A stretch of DNA of 61,459 nucleotides, filler included, from Sphacelaria rigidula (lineage: Eukaryota), in NCBI GenBank assembly GCA_964200075.2. It is 5 parts of 5 records of this genome, joined end to end, with 100 filler letters (N's around TTAATTAATTAA, not from the genome) between each part and the next. Parts side by side here need not be neighbours in the genome. Positions count along the whole stretch, not along the records: positions 12,315 to 24,528 come from CAXNAA020004001.1; positions 24,629 to 36,840 come from CAXNAA020004002.1; 3 more parts are not named here. One strand, 5' to 3'. A program made the position numbers and the translations under genes. Each line of letters starts with the position of its first letter. Position 1 is the stretch's first letter. The notes below the pieces were generated by a model that had not been told where the DNA came from, did no database searches, and saw nothing but the letters and a program-made list of their open reading frames with translations. Of the stretch, positions 14,001 through 26,299 are shown piece by piece.

Positions 14001-14185
14001 GTATTTCATGTTCTTCGGAGTCGACAGACAAACTCCCTGCCTAGATAGCGTAAGGGTTAGGTATAAACGAGATGAGTAAAACGAACTGGGGTTCAGATCC
14101 CTGTTTCGTGTGGGGCGCAAGGGTATTGGTGAAGTTATGGTGAAGTTTGTGCGATAGGATGTCGTGTCTGTGGGTAGAAATGTCA

Positions 14186-14674
14186 GACCCCCAATGGGGT
14201 TGGCGTCGGTTGGCGATGATGCCCTAAAACATGCCACCTACTGCGTAAGCTTGGCAACCAGGTTAGCGTTTTTTCCCGGTAACCATGATGGTGGTCGAGC
14301 TAGATCATGTTGTGCGGCGTGAGGGAAGCTCAACTCCGCACAACGGGAATGATCGTACCACGTGGTGCTTACATGGTGAGACACCCATGAGGCAGTGTAT
14401 AAGCCGTGGCTGTCTCTGGAATTGTCGATAGTAGAAAATAAAGCCACTCATTGTACGTTGTCATCCAAATGCAAGATGATCAGCGGGCTTCCGGCCGAAC
14501 AATCTTGGCAGGATGCAGCCCACCCTTCATGCGACTCCCCGAACATACCACAGCGCTTCGCGCTTGATGACTGAACGCGATCCTGGTCCGGCGAGAACCC
14601 GGCGTGCTCCGTCCCGGCCTCGTGGGGATGCGAGGTCAATGCTCTGATGCTATGGCATGCATGATTATGAGTAC
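14186..14674 (+). mobile_element. Long form of the C-tract-associated retroposon (internal region plus 3' A-B unit)
   Basis: 14186-14550 aligns by eye to 36460-36840; followed by cctggtccggcgagaacccggcgtgctccgtccc...atgagtac and a C-run. Confidence 0.85.
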
Positions 14675-14693
14675 ACCCTCCCCCCCATTACCG

Positions 14694-14789
14694 AGCCTGG
14701 TCCGGCGAAAACCCGGCGTGCTCCGTCCCGGCTTTATAGGGATGCGAGGTCAATGGTCTGATGACTATGGCAAGCATGATCATGAGTAC
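14694..14789 (+). mobile_element. Solo A-B unit of the C-tract-associated retroposon, in tandem with the previous copy
   Basis: agcctggtccggcgaaaacccggcgtgctccgtcccggctttatagggatgcgaggtcaatggtctgatgactatggcaagcatgatcatgagtac followed by a C-run. Confidence 0.85.
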
Positions 14790-15760
14790 ACCCCCCCTCC
14801 CCATGCCCCCCTCTTTTCAATGTTTTTTGGGAACATGTATTTATTGTCGTGCATTCATACCCCTCAGAAAGATTTTTGCCGGTCCATGAGCGAGAAGTAA
14901 TGACTCTCTTAGCTTGTGCCACTTTTGACGAGCAGGTATTCGATGTTTTGATGTCGATACAAGCATCCCTCCCATTCATGAACAGGACAGGTGTTGAGTA
15001 TTATTCTAAGGAAGCGAACCAGTGGTAAAATCACGGTCTGGTTGGAAGAGGGCGGCGTTGGTGGATCCCACCCCCTGGACAAGAAATTACAGTTGTCATG
15101 AAGTGTACTGCACAGTATCGACTATTGCGTGTATTGCAATGGACGGTAGATTACATGCTGTATCGGTTGTGTGAGGATGGCGAGTGCGGTTTGACTCCCA
15201 CGGTTGTGTACTGAACGAATCAACTGTCGTATTTTCTTGTGGAATGAATGTGTGGCGGCTTCTGTCTTAATGACTGTCACATGTCCTGCAGTTTCATAGA
15301 GGAGCAAGAGTGAGGCTACTGGGCAAGATGACACCTGAAAGCAACAGTTATCGATACATTACTATAGGATGTAAACGCCGCAGCTGCGGCGTCCGTGTCC
15401 TTTCCTCCTCCAAAACCCAATGCTAATCGTCTTGCTCCAAGATTTTTTGTTTGATAAAATTCTCACCCATGTACAAATTCGCACGTCGTTCGGGGATAAA
15501 ACATCTACAACACTTGTCCCACCATGCCGGTAGTCACAGTACGGTCTCAGAGGACGTCGTATGAGCTTGACTGCTACCTCGTCGACGAGGGAAAGGGCTT
15601 GCTGAACCCCTGTCGCTATAAAAAACGAAGGCGAGCACCGCGGGAGGGAGGCAGAGAACTAGATAGAAAAGCTCCCGTGTTGGCCTTACTCCTGTGTGGC
15701 CCCGGCTGTTGCGCCCACATATACCGAAAGGTGTAGACCGGCGCCCAGAATAGATGGGAC

Positions 15761-15795
<35 letters not shown>

Positions 15796-15875
15796 CCCCC
15801 CCCCCTGACGTCGCTCCCTACGCGTGCGCCGTCGCCTGACTGTTCTCGCGTGGGACTTGTGTTCTGTGATTCCAG

Positions 15876-16061
15876 ATCATGGTGAACGGTACTGATGCCA
15901 AGTTTCTGTCGAAGGTGCAGCAGCTCCACGGCAACCACAAGCACTACATCATGCCGAAGCGCAACAATTGCCCCGATCCGGACACCCGTAACTGCTTCGG
16001 TGTCGTCCACTTCGCCGGTGACGTTTTCTACAACGTCCGCGACTTCGTGGAGAAAAACAAG
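15876..16061 (+). CDS. Myosin motor-domain internal exon
   Basis: ccag|ATCATG...AACAAG|gtgaat; NGTDAKFLSKV...CFGVVHFAGDVFYNVRDFVEKNK; 186 nt, phase 0/0. Confidence 0.96.
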
Positions 16062-17116
16062 GTGAATGATGAACATGAAGCAAATGCAACAAGGCACATC
16101 GAGGGTGGTTGGGGTGCGTTGTAACGATATATCAATCGGGGATTCCCGGGCATGTTTTGAGCATGGCAGCTCTGATCACCCCGTGATATTCCAGTCTTTC
16201 AGAATATTGCGGTATCCATTAGTCTACACAGAGTATGCTGGATTTCGAGCGTGGGGTAGTATCGTCAACCCCCCCTTCCCCTGCCTCCCCTTCCCTCCGA
16301 TTTTTTTTCGTCAGAGTTGACCTCGATAGGAGTGCGTAATATCAAGGTATCTATTCGTTTATGTCTCCCCCGGTACCTGCTTGACATTCTGACGTCCAGG
16401 CTTTTGGATCGATGGTCCCACACCGCGTAGACTGCCGTCAATTAGTTCATGCTATTGGCGTGCTCACTCCATTCAACGACAGGAACCAGCTTATGATGAA
16501 GAACGGCCGTACGTACCTGTCGGGATTCCAATCTAGACCTTCCGCCATAACTCAGTTTTGGTGTATCATTTTTACTGTCACCACCGCCGCGGGGTATCCT
16601 TGATTTCCCACCGTATTTGGTACCGATTCTCTCTTGGTTTTTTGGATGCTCAAGGTGGTGCAGCACCAAGAACCCCACGTGTACTTGACATATCGGCTGT
16701 CGTGAATACTGAGTATTACAGGGTATGTGCGAATACTTGGACCGTACTCGCACCCTATCCTCCTCCGCTGTATCCACCATTGAATGCCGTGTCTCAATCA
16801 GGCGTGGTGTGTTGCGTGTGAAGAATCGACGATTGTTGACGTGCGTGACCAGCTCCTGTTTGCGTTCCCTGCTAACTTCTCATTTTTTTCGGGATGTGGG
16901 GGGGGGGGGAAGTCGGTATCATTTTTTTTACACAGTGTTGTCGCGCGCTTGTCCGTTTCTGTAATGATGCTTTTTGTTTGCCCCGTGGTGTGTTTCGTGC
17001 TGTCTCGTGATGGCATGTGCGTGGCGGTATGTCTATGCTCTTCATGCACGTTTTGTTCAAGCGGGAAAAGTTGTGTTCCACTTTCAATCGTATCTTCATA
17101 ACGCCCCCCTCCCCTC

Positions 17117-17179
17117 CTCCGCCTTGATAGGGATGCGTGCCCGATGGTCAAGTGACTGAGGCAAGCAACAATTTAGTAT
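17117..17179 (+). repeat. Diverged short copy of the C-tract-associated retroposon
   Basis: ctccgccttgatagggatgcg...tggtcaagtgactgaggcaagcaacaatttagtat, preceded by a C-rich tract. Confidence 0.7.
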
Positions 17180-17303
17180 ATATACCCTTGCTCTTCCTCC
17201 ACCCGTACTACCTCCTTACCTCTCTCCCGGTCTCGCGTCTCCCTTCTTTGCTCATTTGTTTGTTCATCATTTTTTTTTGTTTTTGGTGCATCTTGAATCG
17301 TAG

Positions 17304-17402
17304 GATGCACTCCACTCCGATGTGGTGGATGCCCTACAGACGTCAACAAACCACATCGTGTCAGATCTCTTCGAGCCGGTGGCCGGGAAACGAGCGGTGA
17401 AG
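17304..17402 (+). CDS. Myosin motor-domain internal exon
   Basis: tag|GATGCA...GTGAAG|gtgtgt; DALHSDVVDALQTSTNHIVSDLFEP, completing KNK|D. An alternative in-frame donor after 17396 is possible. Confidence 0.9.
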
Positions 17403-17720
17403 GTGTGTCTTCACGGGGGGGCTGACAGAGGGAGGGTGTCGTTGGGGGGGCTGATGATTATCGCGATGATGCTGGATGATAACGTGCCGTACACTTTTCG
17501 AGTAGCTGCCTTGTTCTATCTTCGCAAATGTTCTTGTGTGCCGTGCTACGTTGGGTGCTCACTGTCACATTAGTTCAATGTTTTGACGTGTTTATTCCGT
17601 GAGCGGGTGTTTTGGTCGGTCGTTGTACATATCGTGAACCTCCAACCACCACCCCTTCACATGCGTCTTTTTTTTCCTTCTTTTTTTTTCTGACCCTGCC
17701 GGACGGTGGGGGGGCTACAG

Positions 17721-17869
17721 CGTGACGGAAGTCCTCAGCAGAGGAACAGTCCATCTCCATCCACCAGAAAGGGTGCCATGGCGACGAGGTTTACCATTGC
17801 CAAGCAGTTCAAGGGGCAGCTTGACGCGCTCATGTCTACGCTCAACGCCACGGACCCTCACTTTATCCG
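17721..17869 (+). CDS. Myosin motor-domain internal exon (loop 2 / actin-binding region)
   Basis: cag|CGTGAC...ATCCG|gtgaga; ...TIAKQFKGQLDALMSTLNATDPHFIR; 149 nt, phase 0/2. Not in the ORF track. Confidence 0.93.
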
Positions 17870-18047
17870 GTGAGAGATGAAGCTATGCATGTCCGATTGT
17901 TTCCAGGTCTGTCCCTGGTTGAAAACCGCACGAAAGTCAAACGCTCCGTGAATCGCGTGCGGCACGAAAATCTTCTTGAAAGAGTATTGCCCACGGTAGG
18001 AATGGCAGCTTTTGGGCCGACGAGTCTCTCACTGAGGGGCTCCTTGA

Positions 18048-18891
18048 CCCTTTTGGGACCAGAGTGAACTAAGCTGAGTTGAGAAGCTTTCGTCAATCGG
18101 CATCATTTACGCTTGAGAAAAAGTGAAAATAATGCCGATTCACAAATAACGATCCCGGCGTGCAAACCACAGTCCTACGCAAAAAAAAAAATCTTACGCC
18201 AAGATTCCCGCTGACAAAAATCATACGCACCTCATGCATCTTTCGACAGTTTAGCAGGGTTTAGTACTTTATTTTCGGTACAAATCAAGCGTTACTCTGA
18301 CTGTGGATTTCTCCGCCGTGTCTGTTCTAACCAGCCTGAAACTTGGCACAGAGGTAGACCACAACACAAAGAGCATATTCCCGGAGTGGCGGCACGTTTT
18401 ACGTGGTGCGTTAGTTGCACGAAGCAAAATACAGATGTTGGGCAATGCCATCGATACGCCCTCCAAACACAGTCCCCTCGGCCCAGACTGCGTGAGATGT
18501 CAGTGGATGCATGTGTTGACACTCAAATACGCTCACTTCCTGCTGGGTGGCTCCTGCCCCGGCAAACGAACACATCGATCCGTACTGCGCGCCTCTGGAT
18601 GATGTCATTCTACGCGGTACCCATATTGGTATCGCCTTTGGAGGTGCTCACTTACGGAGACGAGGCCGTGCAAGCGCTGTTCGTGCTTTTACGTGCTGGA
18701 ACTCCGTCCACATGTCATGTAGACTACAGACAACAACCCCATCTTGCTGAATCTGGGGTTACGCGGTGTGTGCGTGCGTATTGGGGCGAAAAGATGTCGG
18801 ATTCTGATCCGATTTCTTCCTATTTTTTTCTTTTGGCGTAAGACTGACCAGGGGTTCACCCCTCGTTAGTGGGGGTCAGGGCCCAAAAGGG
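18048..18891. mobile_element. piggyBac-type non-autonomous element in a myosin intron
   Basis: TIR cccttttgggacc / gggcccaaaaggg (12/13 match); degenerate TTAA flanks (ttga, ttca); internal atgccgattca motif shared with the 100-bp MITEs. Confidence 0.6.
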
Positions 18892-20117
18892 TTCAAGCTA
18901 GCAGTTACACAATAATATGGGTAAAACACTCCAACATTCCCGGTGTTATAATCCGTTGAAAGGCACGTACATGGATGGAGGGGGAGGAGCTGTACATGGA
19001 TGAAAATCGATCCCCGAGTCTCCCTCGTTGCAATTGTATTCGGCCATAGTGTATAATATAACTTGGTTGGGTGGGAATATTGGAGCGGTTGAACTATGTG
19101 GTGCCGCACCAGCTCCCGAACCTCTCCCAGACCTCGGCAGTTGACGCGGCAAGTCACTCGTGCCACAGAACGCGGCGTGATATTGGTCAGGAGTGAGTGA
19201 CCTGTGGTGTTTTTTGCCCTACGGTCGATGGTGATACATACAGTGCAATACGACGAGACAAGGTTTCACGTCAGCGAAAATCCACATGCAGAAAAGACAC
19301 GATAGGGTACTCTGTCATGCTCTACAATTGAGCCACAACCCGTCCTCATGAGTGTTTCATCGAAACAAGGAGCACTACGCACCTACGTCTGTGCACTTCA
19401 CTTTTATCTTTTTTATGGGAAATATAGAATATGTGTGCCGTAAGTACACGAGCATCAGCGATGTCGTATTGCGCGGCGTGAGGTTCATACACTGGACGAG
19501 AGATTACAACGTCAAAAAGTGTACTGCGTGCAGTATGGACTATTGCGCCCATTGGCACAGACTGAAGATTCCATACTGTACCCAGCACATTTTTTGCAAT
19601 AAAATCCATTTTCAGTATTTAGGGTGTGGTGAGGTTGATGACGTGGCCTACGCTGGCGTGTACCGCAGAAAATGAAGTGGGTAATAGCGATGACTGAACC
19701 AACGCGAAATTCCTTGAAAATTTGTGAACAAGACTGATATTATGTTTGTCAGACCCTCTCGCATGTGTAAATCCCGTGATCTTGATGTTTTTCACGCACT
19801 GTGGGGTACTATCAGATTGACTGAGAGGTTGCCAAATAAAATGTAAATATACATGAAGGTGGATTTTCCATTTCTCGCGGATAAAGAATATTGTAGAGTT
19901 CAAGTTGTTATTGGTGGGTGAAACCCATATATATATTTTTTTCCAAGTTTTATTTGGCAGCGGGCAAGACACTCTTCTTTGTTCTCCTGTACCAAGAATG
20001 AAACGGGTGCGATACTTGAACACGCTTTCAACGGTTCAAGAAATAGTGTTTCCGTAAAGTATTCATGTCCGGCAACGATTATTCTCCCATGCTGTGACGT
20101 ACTACGTTGTTCATCAG

Positions 20118-20227
20118 GTGCATGAAGCCTAACAGCGAAAAGAGGGGAGACTTGTTCGTCACCCCAATGATGCTGGAGCAGTTACGGTACTCAGGTCTTC
20201 TTGAGGTCTGCACGATCCGAAAAATGG
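20118..20227 (+). CDS. Myosin motor-domain internal exon (SH2-SH1 region)
   Basis: cag|GTGCATG...ATGG|gtgagt; (R)CMKPN...EQLRYSGLLEVCTIRKMG; 110 nt, phase 2/1. Confidence 0.96.
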
Positions 20228-21770
20228 GTGAGTTTATCCCGTCCAGTTGTGATTTTCCCTCCGCGATTAGTGGAACCATTTCATGTACTGTTATCTTCAG
20301 GGTAATGGATAGAAACAGGTACATTTTTTCGAGGCTACTTGAGGGTACAGTACAAGTCAGCGAGTTTTTATCGGGTGAAACGGAGTAGACTTGATCAGAG
20401 TTTTTTTTTCTTATGCGAGCTGAAGGCGATGTTTGTTTCCTCCTCACAGATGTAATCCAAGCAAGAGGCACGAAAAAATATGAGAGGGATTGGGCGTCGG
20501 GATAACCGTGAGGTTGCGTGTCATCCATCTGAGCTTTCCTGTACACCAAACCAGACCGCAACGGTAAGATACAGCTCATCTCTACCTTCCCCTGAGGTTT
20601 CTTTTTTTCCCCAACATGCGTGTACCCTGTTGCGGACGAAACAGGGTATGTACCTCTCCAACTATTGTACGTTGGCGATGATGAATGCATACCTTTACCT
20701 GATCACTGCTCTGTTCATATATTTGTAAATATCTATGAGTCACCTCCAGCTGCCGCCCCCATTCTTATGGCCCAAAGTCGCCCGCCCGTCTGTTTTAGCT
20801 TCGGTACTGTTGTGTTTCAAAGGTCAAAGCAAGCATATCTATCTACTTGAGGAGGTGTTCGCTTGTGGAAAACTAGTGCTTAACGACCCCTTACCTTTTT
20901 TCTGGTCGATTTCTGGGTGTATCACGTTTCATCATGGGTGATTAGGCAGAACATGTTGTCATGCGCAGATGCATTGTGCGCGCTGGCTGCCACTACTGCT
21001 GCTGCGATGTGCGTGAATCAGGCCCTCTCTGTCTTGCTTTGGCGGTTGTGCTACTTTCTATACCCTGGACAATGGAATACGCAGTCAGAAGGTGTAATGC
21101 GTACAGTATCGACTGTCGCGCCTATTGCAACAGACAATGGATTCGATACTGTACGCGGTACATTTTTTGACAACGGAAATCATTGTCCGGGGCGTGGTAT
21201 TTTCAAGGCAATGCTTGCGTACCCCGCCCACGTTGTTGCGATGCGTTGCACTTCACTTCATGTCATATCATGTCAATCGTGCGTTCTGGTGCCTACCGTG
21301 TATATCGACGCGTGAGAGGTGATCGCTGAAATCGTCAAATCCACATCGATTTACGTGTAGTATACATCTGGGCGATATTCGGCGTTTTTTTGGGGGGGGG
21401 GGAAACGGAACGGACCAATCGACCTACCAGAAGTGTCGAAATGGGAGCTCCACGCCGTTGGCCCTTCGTCCAGCCTAGATAATATTCCTGGAAAGTTTCC
21501 ATGGTTTCTTCATGGAGCTTTTTATAGTGATCCGTGAACCTGCACGCCTCCTGCCGTGCCTTCAAAACATGGAAACCCCTGGATTGTCAGCCGGTGGTGC
21601 TGCTCCGAGACGATGCTGACTGTCAAGGGGAGGGGTAAAACCCTTTGGCAAATAGGCTAGGTTGTCGGTTGAACATTCATATTCTGATCTTCACGGTAGA
21701 TACTGCGCGGGCAAACCCAGCTTGTTGTTGACTGCTTCACGGTCGTGTTGTCTCTTGTTTTTTGCCGCAG

Positions 21771-21874
21771 GTTTCCCCATCCGAAGATCGTTCGATGAGT
21801 TCATGCAGCGATACGTAGCCATTTCTCCTAGCGCCACCAACATCGACCAGCTTATCTACGACCTCGTTCAGAAG
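21771..21874 (+). CDS. Myosin converter exon
   Basis: gcag|GTTTCCCC...CAGAAG|gtaatg; GFPIRRSFDEFMQRY...; 104 nt, phase 1/0. Confidence 0.95.
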
Positions 21875-21889
21875 GTAATGGGGGGGGGG

Positions 21890-21952
21890 GTACTCATTTG
21901 TTGCTTGCCTTGGTCGTTTGAGTATTCACCACGCATCTCTTTCGAGACGGAG
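21890..21952 (-). mobile_element. Short copy of the C-tract-associated retroposon, 15 nt into a myosin intron
   Basis: Reverse complement ctccgtctcgaaagagatgcg...caaggcaagcaacaaatgagtac followed by a C-run; degenerate TSD gtaatggggggg / gtaattggcggggg. Confidence 0.85.
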
Positions 21953-23759
21953 TAATTGGCGGGGGAGAGGGGATGCAGTGATGATCTTGCGTGCTGTTTA
22001 GTAACACGATACAGTATAATCCGGCATTGATGATTGATTGTCGCACATCAACTCACCCCCAAGGTATATAAAATAAAATAAAGGACTTGCTGAAAGAAAC
22101 TCGGGAAAGGTAAAAAATGAAATGTGGCACAAATGGAGAAAACCGAACAAGATTGACAGACCGAACGCTCTCCCGAATCCTAGGCTGTAAATTATAGTGG
22201 ACAAAAAAAAATATTGCGTACAGCGTCGAATATAGGGTTTGTTGCAGTGAACACAACACTCCACACTGGACGCAGTACACTTTTTGCGCAGTTTGTTGTC
22301 GAGGGTTAGAGTTAGGGTTGTGCACTGTTCTCTACTTCCCATCGCTTGGACTGAGAGCCTCGTTTCGGAAGAGTAGTTTCGCCGGTAGTCCTGCGAGTGA
22401 AAGTGGTGAAGTTATGAAGGGTACACCTCTATTTCAAGTGTGGGGCGAGTTCGAACACCTGGGGCGTGGCCCAGAAGGCAAACGTGATGATTACGTAGCT
22501 CATCATGCCTAGGATTCTGTTGCTCTCCTGCGTGCAGATTGCCCATTATTAACTCTTTCGCAGTCAGGCCGTGAAATCGTTTTTCAAATGATCATTGGGC
22601 TGTTCAAGGACAGGACAGAGTTTTTTGTTCATCGTTTCTTATCTCCGCGCTATTGTCGCCACGTCGCGTCGTCTTGCTTGCAAAACAACTCGATATATGT
22701 GTGTGTTACCCTTTGAAGCAGTGTGCGCACGCAGAGAATCGGCGTATTGTAGATTGTGCAACACCCAATACAGACTACATCGCCAAAAACAAATTACATG
22801 CAGTATACAGTATAGAATCTGTTGTATATTGCAACACAATAGACGCAACAATCTATTGTCCAGGGATCTTATCGCAGCAGAGGAAGGGTGCTGCGATAGC
22901 CTCCTTTCCCCCCCGGAACAGCCACGAAGGAAATGTTTATACAGCACATAACAGCTGGTAACAGACTGGATCGAGCGCCTCGTATGGGTGACTAATGATC
23001 CTAATTGTGGGAGTTCCTAGCTAGTCCATAGGCTCGACTTTTGTCATTTTGATTTGCATATAGACATCACCTCCTCGAACCAGCCACTCTTCTAGGAAGG
23101 GGGAGGCGGGAGGGGGTTGTTGCGGCATCAGTCGGACGCGTACTGCTCCGTAGTGTTTCTTGTATGCTCAACTGTTGGTGAAATTCAATTGATGTTAGCA
23201 CAACAGTACAGGTTAAGTAGTGGTGTTGGCAGCATTGTCCCGGAAGTAACCAACTCCCGAAACGTGGCTGGAGAGGATTTCAATCATGCCGGTGGAGAGC
23301 GTACGCCACTTGCTTAGCGATGAATGGTGAAACAGCGTAATACGCACAGTACAGGAATCTACCCTGGAGTCGTTCATGAGGAAAAGTCTGGGGCCTCGTG
23401 TGCGGGGATGTCCCGACAATAAACGAGCGCTCAGCAACCACCTGCCCATGCCATCGGGTGTGCTTTTGGTCACAGAAGTCAGACCTCTCTTGTCGAGCAA
23501 GCATTTTTTGCACGTAAGGGGCCATTTGAACGTCGCTGTAAGTATATTGTTTTTTTTGTTGTTGTAATTTTCAAGCCCCATTTCAGACCGCTTCACACCG
23601 CTGCCATCCGTGTAAAGGTTCATCACTAAGGTGAGGTCGTGAGACACAGTCGTAAAACACACTTTTTTGTGCACTTCATCCGAATGCAGCAACGTCCTAA
23701 TCTAATTATCCCCCCCGCCCCCGCACTGCGCATCGCATCGCACTCTGCTGCCGAGACAG

Positions 23760-24002
23760 GGTGAAATGGACGAAATGAAGTTTGCCAAGGGACACAGCAA
23801 AGTCCTGATGAAGAACGAGCAGGCATCTGCGCTGGATGTGGCCAGAGAAAAGGTGTTGGAGAAGTACGCTCTTAGATTGCAACGACTGGCGAGAGGCTTT
23901 ATCGTCAGGCGCCGGCTGCTGTTCATGCGCAAGGTCCTGGATGGGCTGCATGAGGCCATCAGGAAGCGTAGCGACGAGCTACTGGCCAAGTGGTACTCAC
24001 AG
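23760..24002 (+). CDS. Myosin converter end, IQ motif and start of tail
   Basis: cag|GGTGAA...TCACAG|gtgcgt; FAKGHSKVLMK...ALRLQRLARGFIVRRR (IQxxxRGxxxR-like). The seven exons splice to an open 1077-nt (359-aa) frame. Confidence 0.94.
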
Positions 24003-24528
24003 GTGCGTTATATTCGTGTCTTGTGTCGGTATCGCCTTCTGTGTCTTGTATATACAGGCTGAGCCGCCCAAGACGCGGACAGGGATGTGAACACGCGATT
24101 TAACAGCGGAGTTTCCTGTGAAGGCAAACGGTAGGGGCTTCACATATACCCCATGTATACCGTGTTGAAATTTTATGAAAAACAACCTCAAACTGAGCAG
24201 TGAAATCGCGTTCTCCTGCCGAGAACCGGTTCACTTGCTTTTAGAGTACAATACCCTCAGCCGGAACTTTGACGTTTTCTACAAGCGCGACGCCTTGGCG
24301 CGCTGGAGGTCTCGTCTGCGTGCCACCTCACAAACTGCGCACCTACAGTACGACATGCCTTGTTGTGCAACCACAACCAGTGCGGCAACATCACTTTGCG
24401 GCCGCGGCGCAACTGACTGTAACCGTCTTTCCCCCGTAATGCCGCCGCACATGCCAGCCTCAACTCTATACACTTCGCAGCTGACTGCAGTTTGGTATTT
24501 CGTTTGATGGGAACTTGTCAGATCGCAG

Positions 24529-24628
24529 NNNNNNNNNNNNNNNNNNNNNNNNNNNNNNNNNNNNNNNNNNNNTTAATTAATTAANNNNNNNNNNNNNNNN
24601 NNNNNNNNNNNNNNNNNNNNNNNNNNNN
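24529..24628. other. Artificial contig spacer
   Basis: 100-bp N/TTAATTAATTAA/N block. Confidence 0.98.
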
Positions 24629-24667
24629 CAATGGTCAAACGACTAAGGCAAGCAACAAATGAGTACG
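24629..24667 (+). repeat. 3' end of the C-tract-associated retroposon at a contig start
   Basis: caatggtcaaacgactaaggcaagcaacaaatgagtacg followed by a C-run. Confidence 0.85.
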
Positions 24668-26232
24668 CCCCCCCCCCTCCGACCTCCCTTCAACTATTTT
24701 CGGCAGTCTCCCATCATCTGCTCCCTCCACGGGTATGCGCGACAGCACATTTTCGCCTCGATTTCGGGGTGAAAAAAGGGACGATTTAAACCCGAAGATA
24801 GGGGTTCCGCACATATCCTTTGGCGGAAAGGAATACGTCAATCCCCCCAAAAAGGTATCAGGGGCGTCGGGGTGGATGAAGTCGTCCCTATGAATCTCAT
24901 TCGTCGTGACTTTAGGTAGGGGAAATCACTGTTCTGGCGGAGTTGAACACCATTTTATGGTCAACCTCATTTTCGGAGATGATCTGTTCTCCGGTAGATT
25001 AGGCGGATATCAAATAGGCCAACGCCACCCCCTGCGAATCTCCCCGCCCTCCCCGAATTTCGGACAAATTTTACATACTACATGCATTTTCTTATCAGCA
25101 TGGTGGCTGTACTGTCTGTACTGTGGTGGAATAAATAATGTCGCCACAGTGTACTCGAGAGATGAACATGACTACTAAGTACGCGTTGAAATCGCTTATC
25201 GAGCTAGTGGCATCACTGGGGCACCGCGAAACAACGTGTAAGAGTGTTGTGACCGTACCTACCCCGGGTTGGAGCCTCAGCTATATACTCCGGTCACCAT
25301 GCCCATGGCGGCACGAAGAGAGTAAGACCCTAACAAAACAGTGTTTTCGTGACATTGAGATAAGAGGATACGATTGAGAGTGAAAAGCGGTCAATTAGTG
25401 AATGAATCGTTTCAGTTCCGAGGTGTCCCTCCCCGAGGCCCAATATGCTTCCCGTGGTGGCTTGCCACTAAGGCCCTTGATATCCCCGAGGAGGGTATCG
25501 ACGTGTAGCCGGAAGCACACGCTAGTGATGGAGGGAAAGAAAAGCACACACGAAATGAAAGAATTGCTAAGTTACAGCGAATTACCAAAGCCATTCTCAA
25601 TCAGCGCTCTACTCTCAATCTCATGAAAACGTTGTTACAAGTACATATGTTACTTGCCTTCTTTTTGGATATATTGTTCATTTTCCGCGTGATGGCGTTT
25701 TGGTAGGCATCACTGTCTCTGACGAGAGGTCTCATTTCGCGAGCAATGACTAAGAGCGCCATTTTCCCTAGTCACACTTGAGCCACATACATGTTGTCAT
25801 GCTTGTAAGATCGCCGGATGCTGAAACGTGTGTGACCCCTGATCGTTTTTTGCACTGTTGCGGTGATGATTGTCGCATGCTCCCTTACTCATGAAAGTAA
25901 GAAATGAGGATGCAAGGGGAAGGGAAGGGGTGACACGGACACTGATGGTCTAGCTCGGCCTGTTCTCGGTTGTTACCTCCTCTTCCCTGGGTTGAGACTC
26001 TACAGTAGCTCTGCTTACAACCTCCTATACTGTACGCTTGTAGTAGTAATGCTGGGGGTGTTCATGTGGTTGCTTTGCTTTCCCTTTTCTTTTTTTTTCT
26101 CCTCTTCTTTTTGTCTTCCTACCCTCACGGGATAATGACGATTAGGTGTACAGGGGTGGTCACACGAGCTGGGCTTCGAATCAGAGGAAGGGGCTGGTGA
26201 GGTGTTGCCCTGCCCCTCCCCTCCCCCCCCGC

Positions 26233-26299
26233 GCGCTCCGTCTCGAAAGAGATGTGTGGTCAATGCTCAAACGACTAAGGCAAGCAGCAAATGAGTACG
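26233..26299 (+). mobile_element. Short copy of the C-tract-associated retroposon (a further degenerate copy at ~26310-26366)
   Basis: gcgctccgtctcgaaagagatgtgtggtcaatgctcaaacgactaaggcaagcagcaaatgagtacg, flanked on both sides by C-runs. Confidence 0.85.

Noticed and set aside
14186-14260. tRNA-like A-box (tggcgtcggttgg) suggesting a tRNA-derived SINE head
   Set aside because: No convincing B-box or cloverleaf downstream in either long copy.
14693-14745. Resemblance of the A block (gAGCctgg..cgtcccggctttataggg) to group II intron domain V
   Set aside because: Too long, pairing is irregular, not conserved in the second subfamily, and a 13-bp TSD does not fit retrohoming.
14750-14790. CTGATGA in the retroposon 3' unit as a hammerhead ribozyme core
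   Set aside because: No correctly placed GAAA or stem I, and the motif is just the variable loop of the GGTC/GACT hairpin (aaac, tggt or aagt in other copies).
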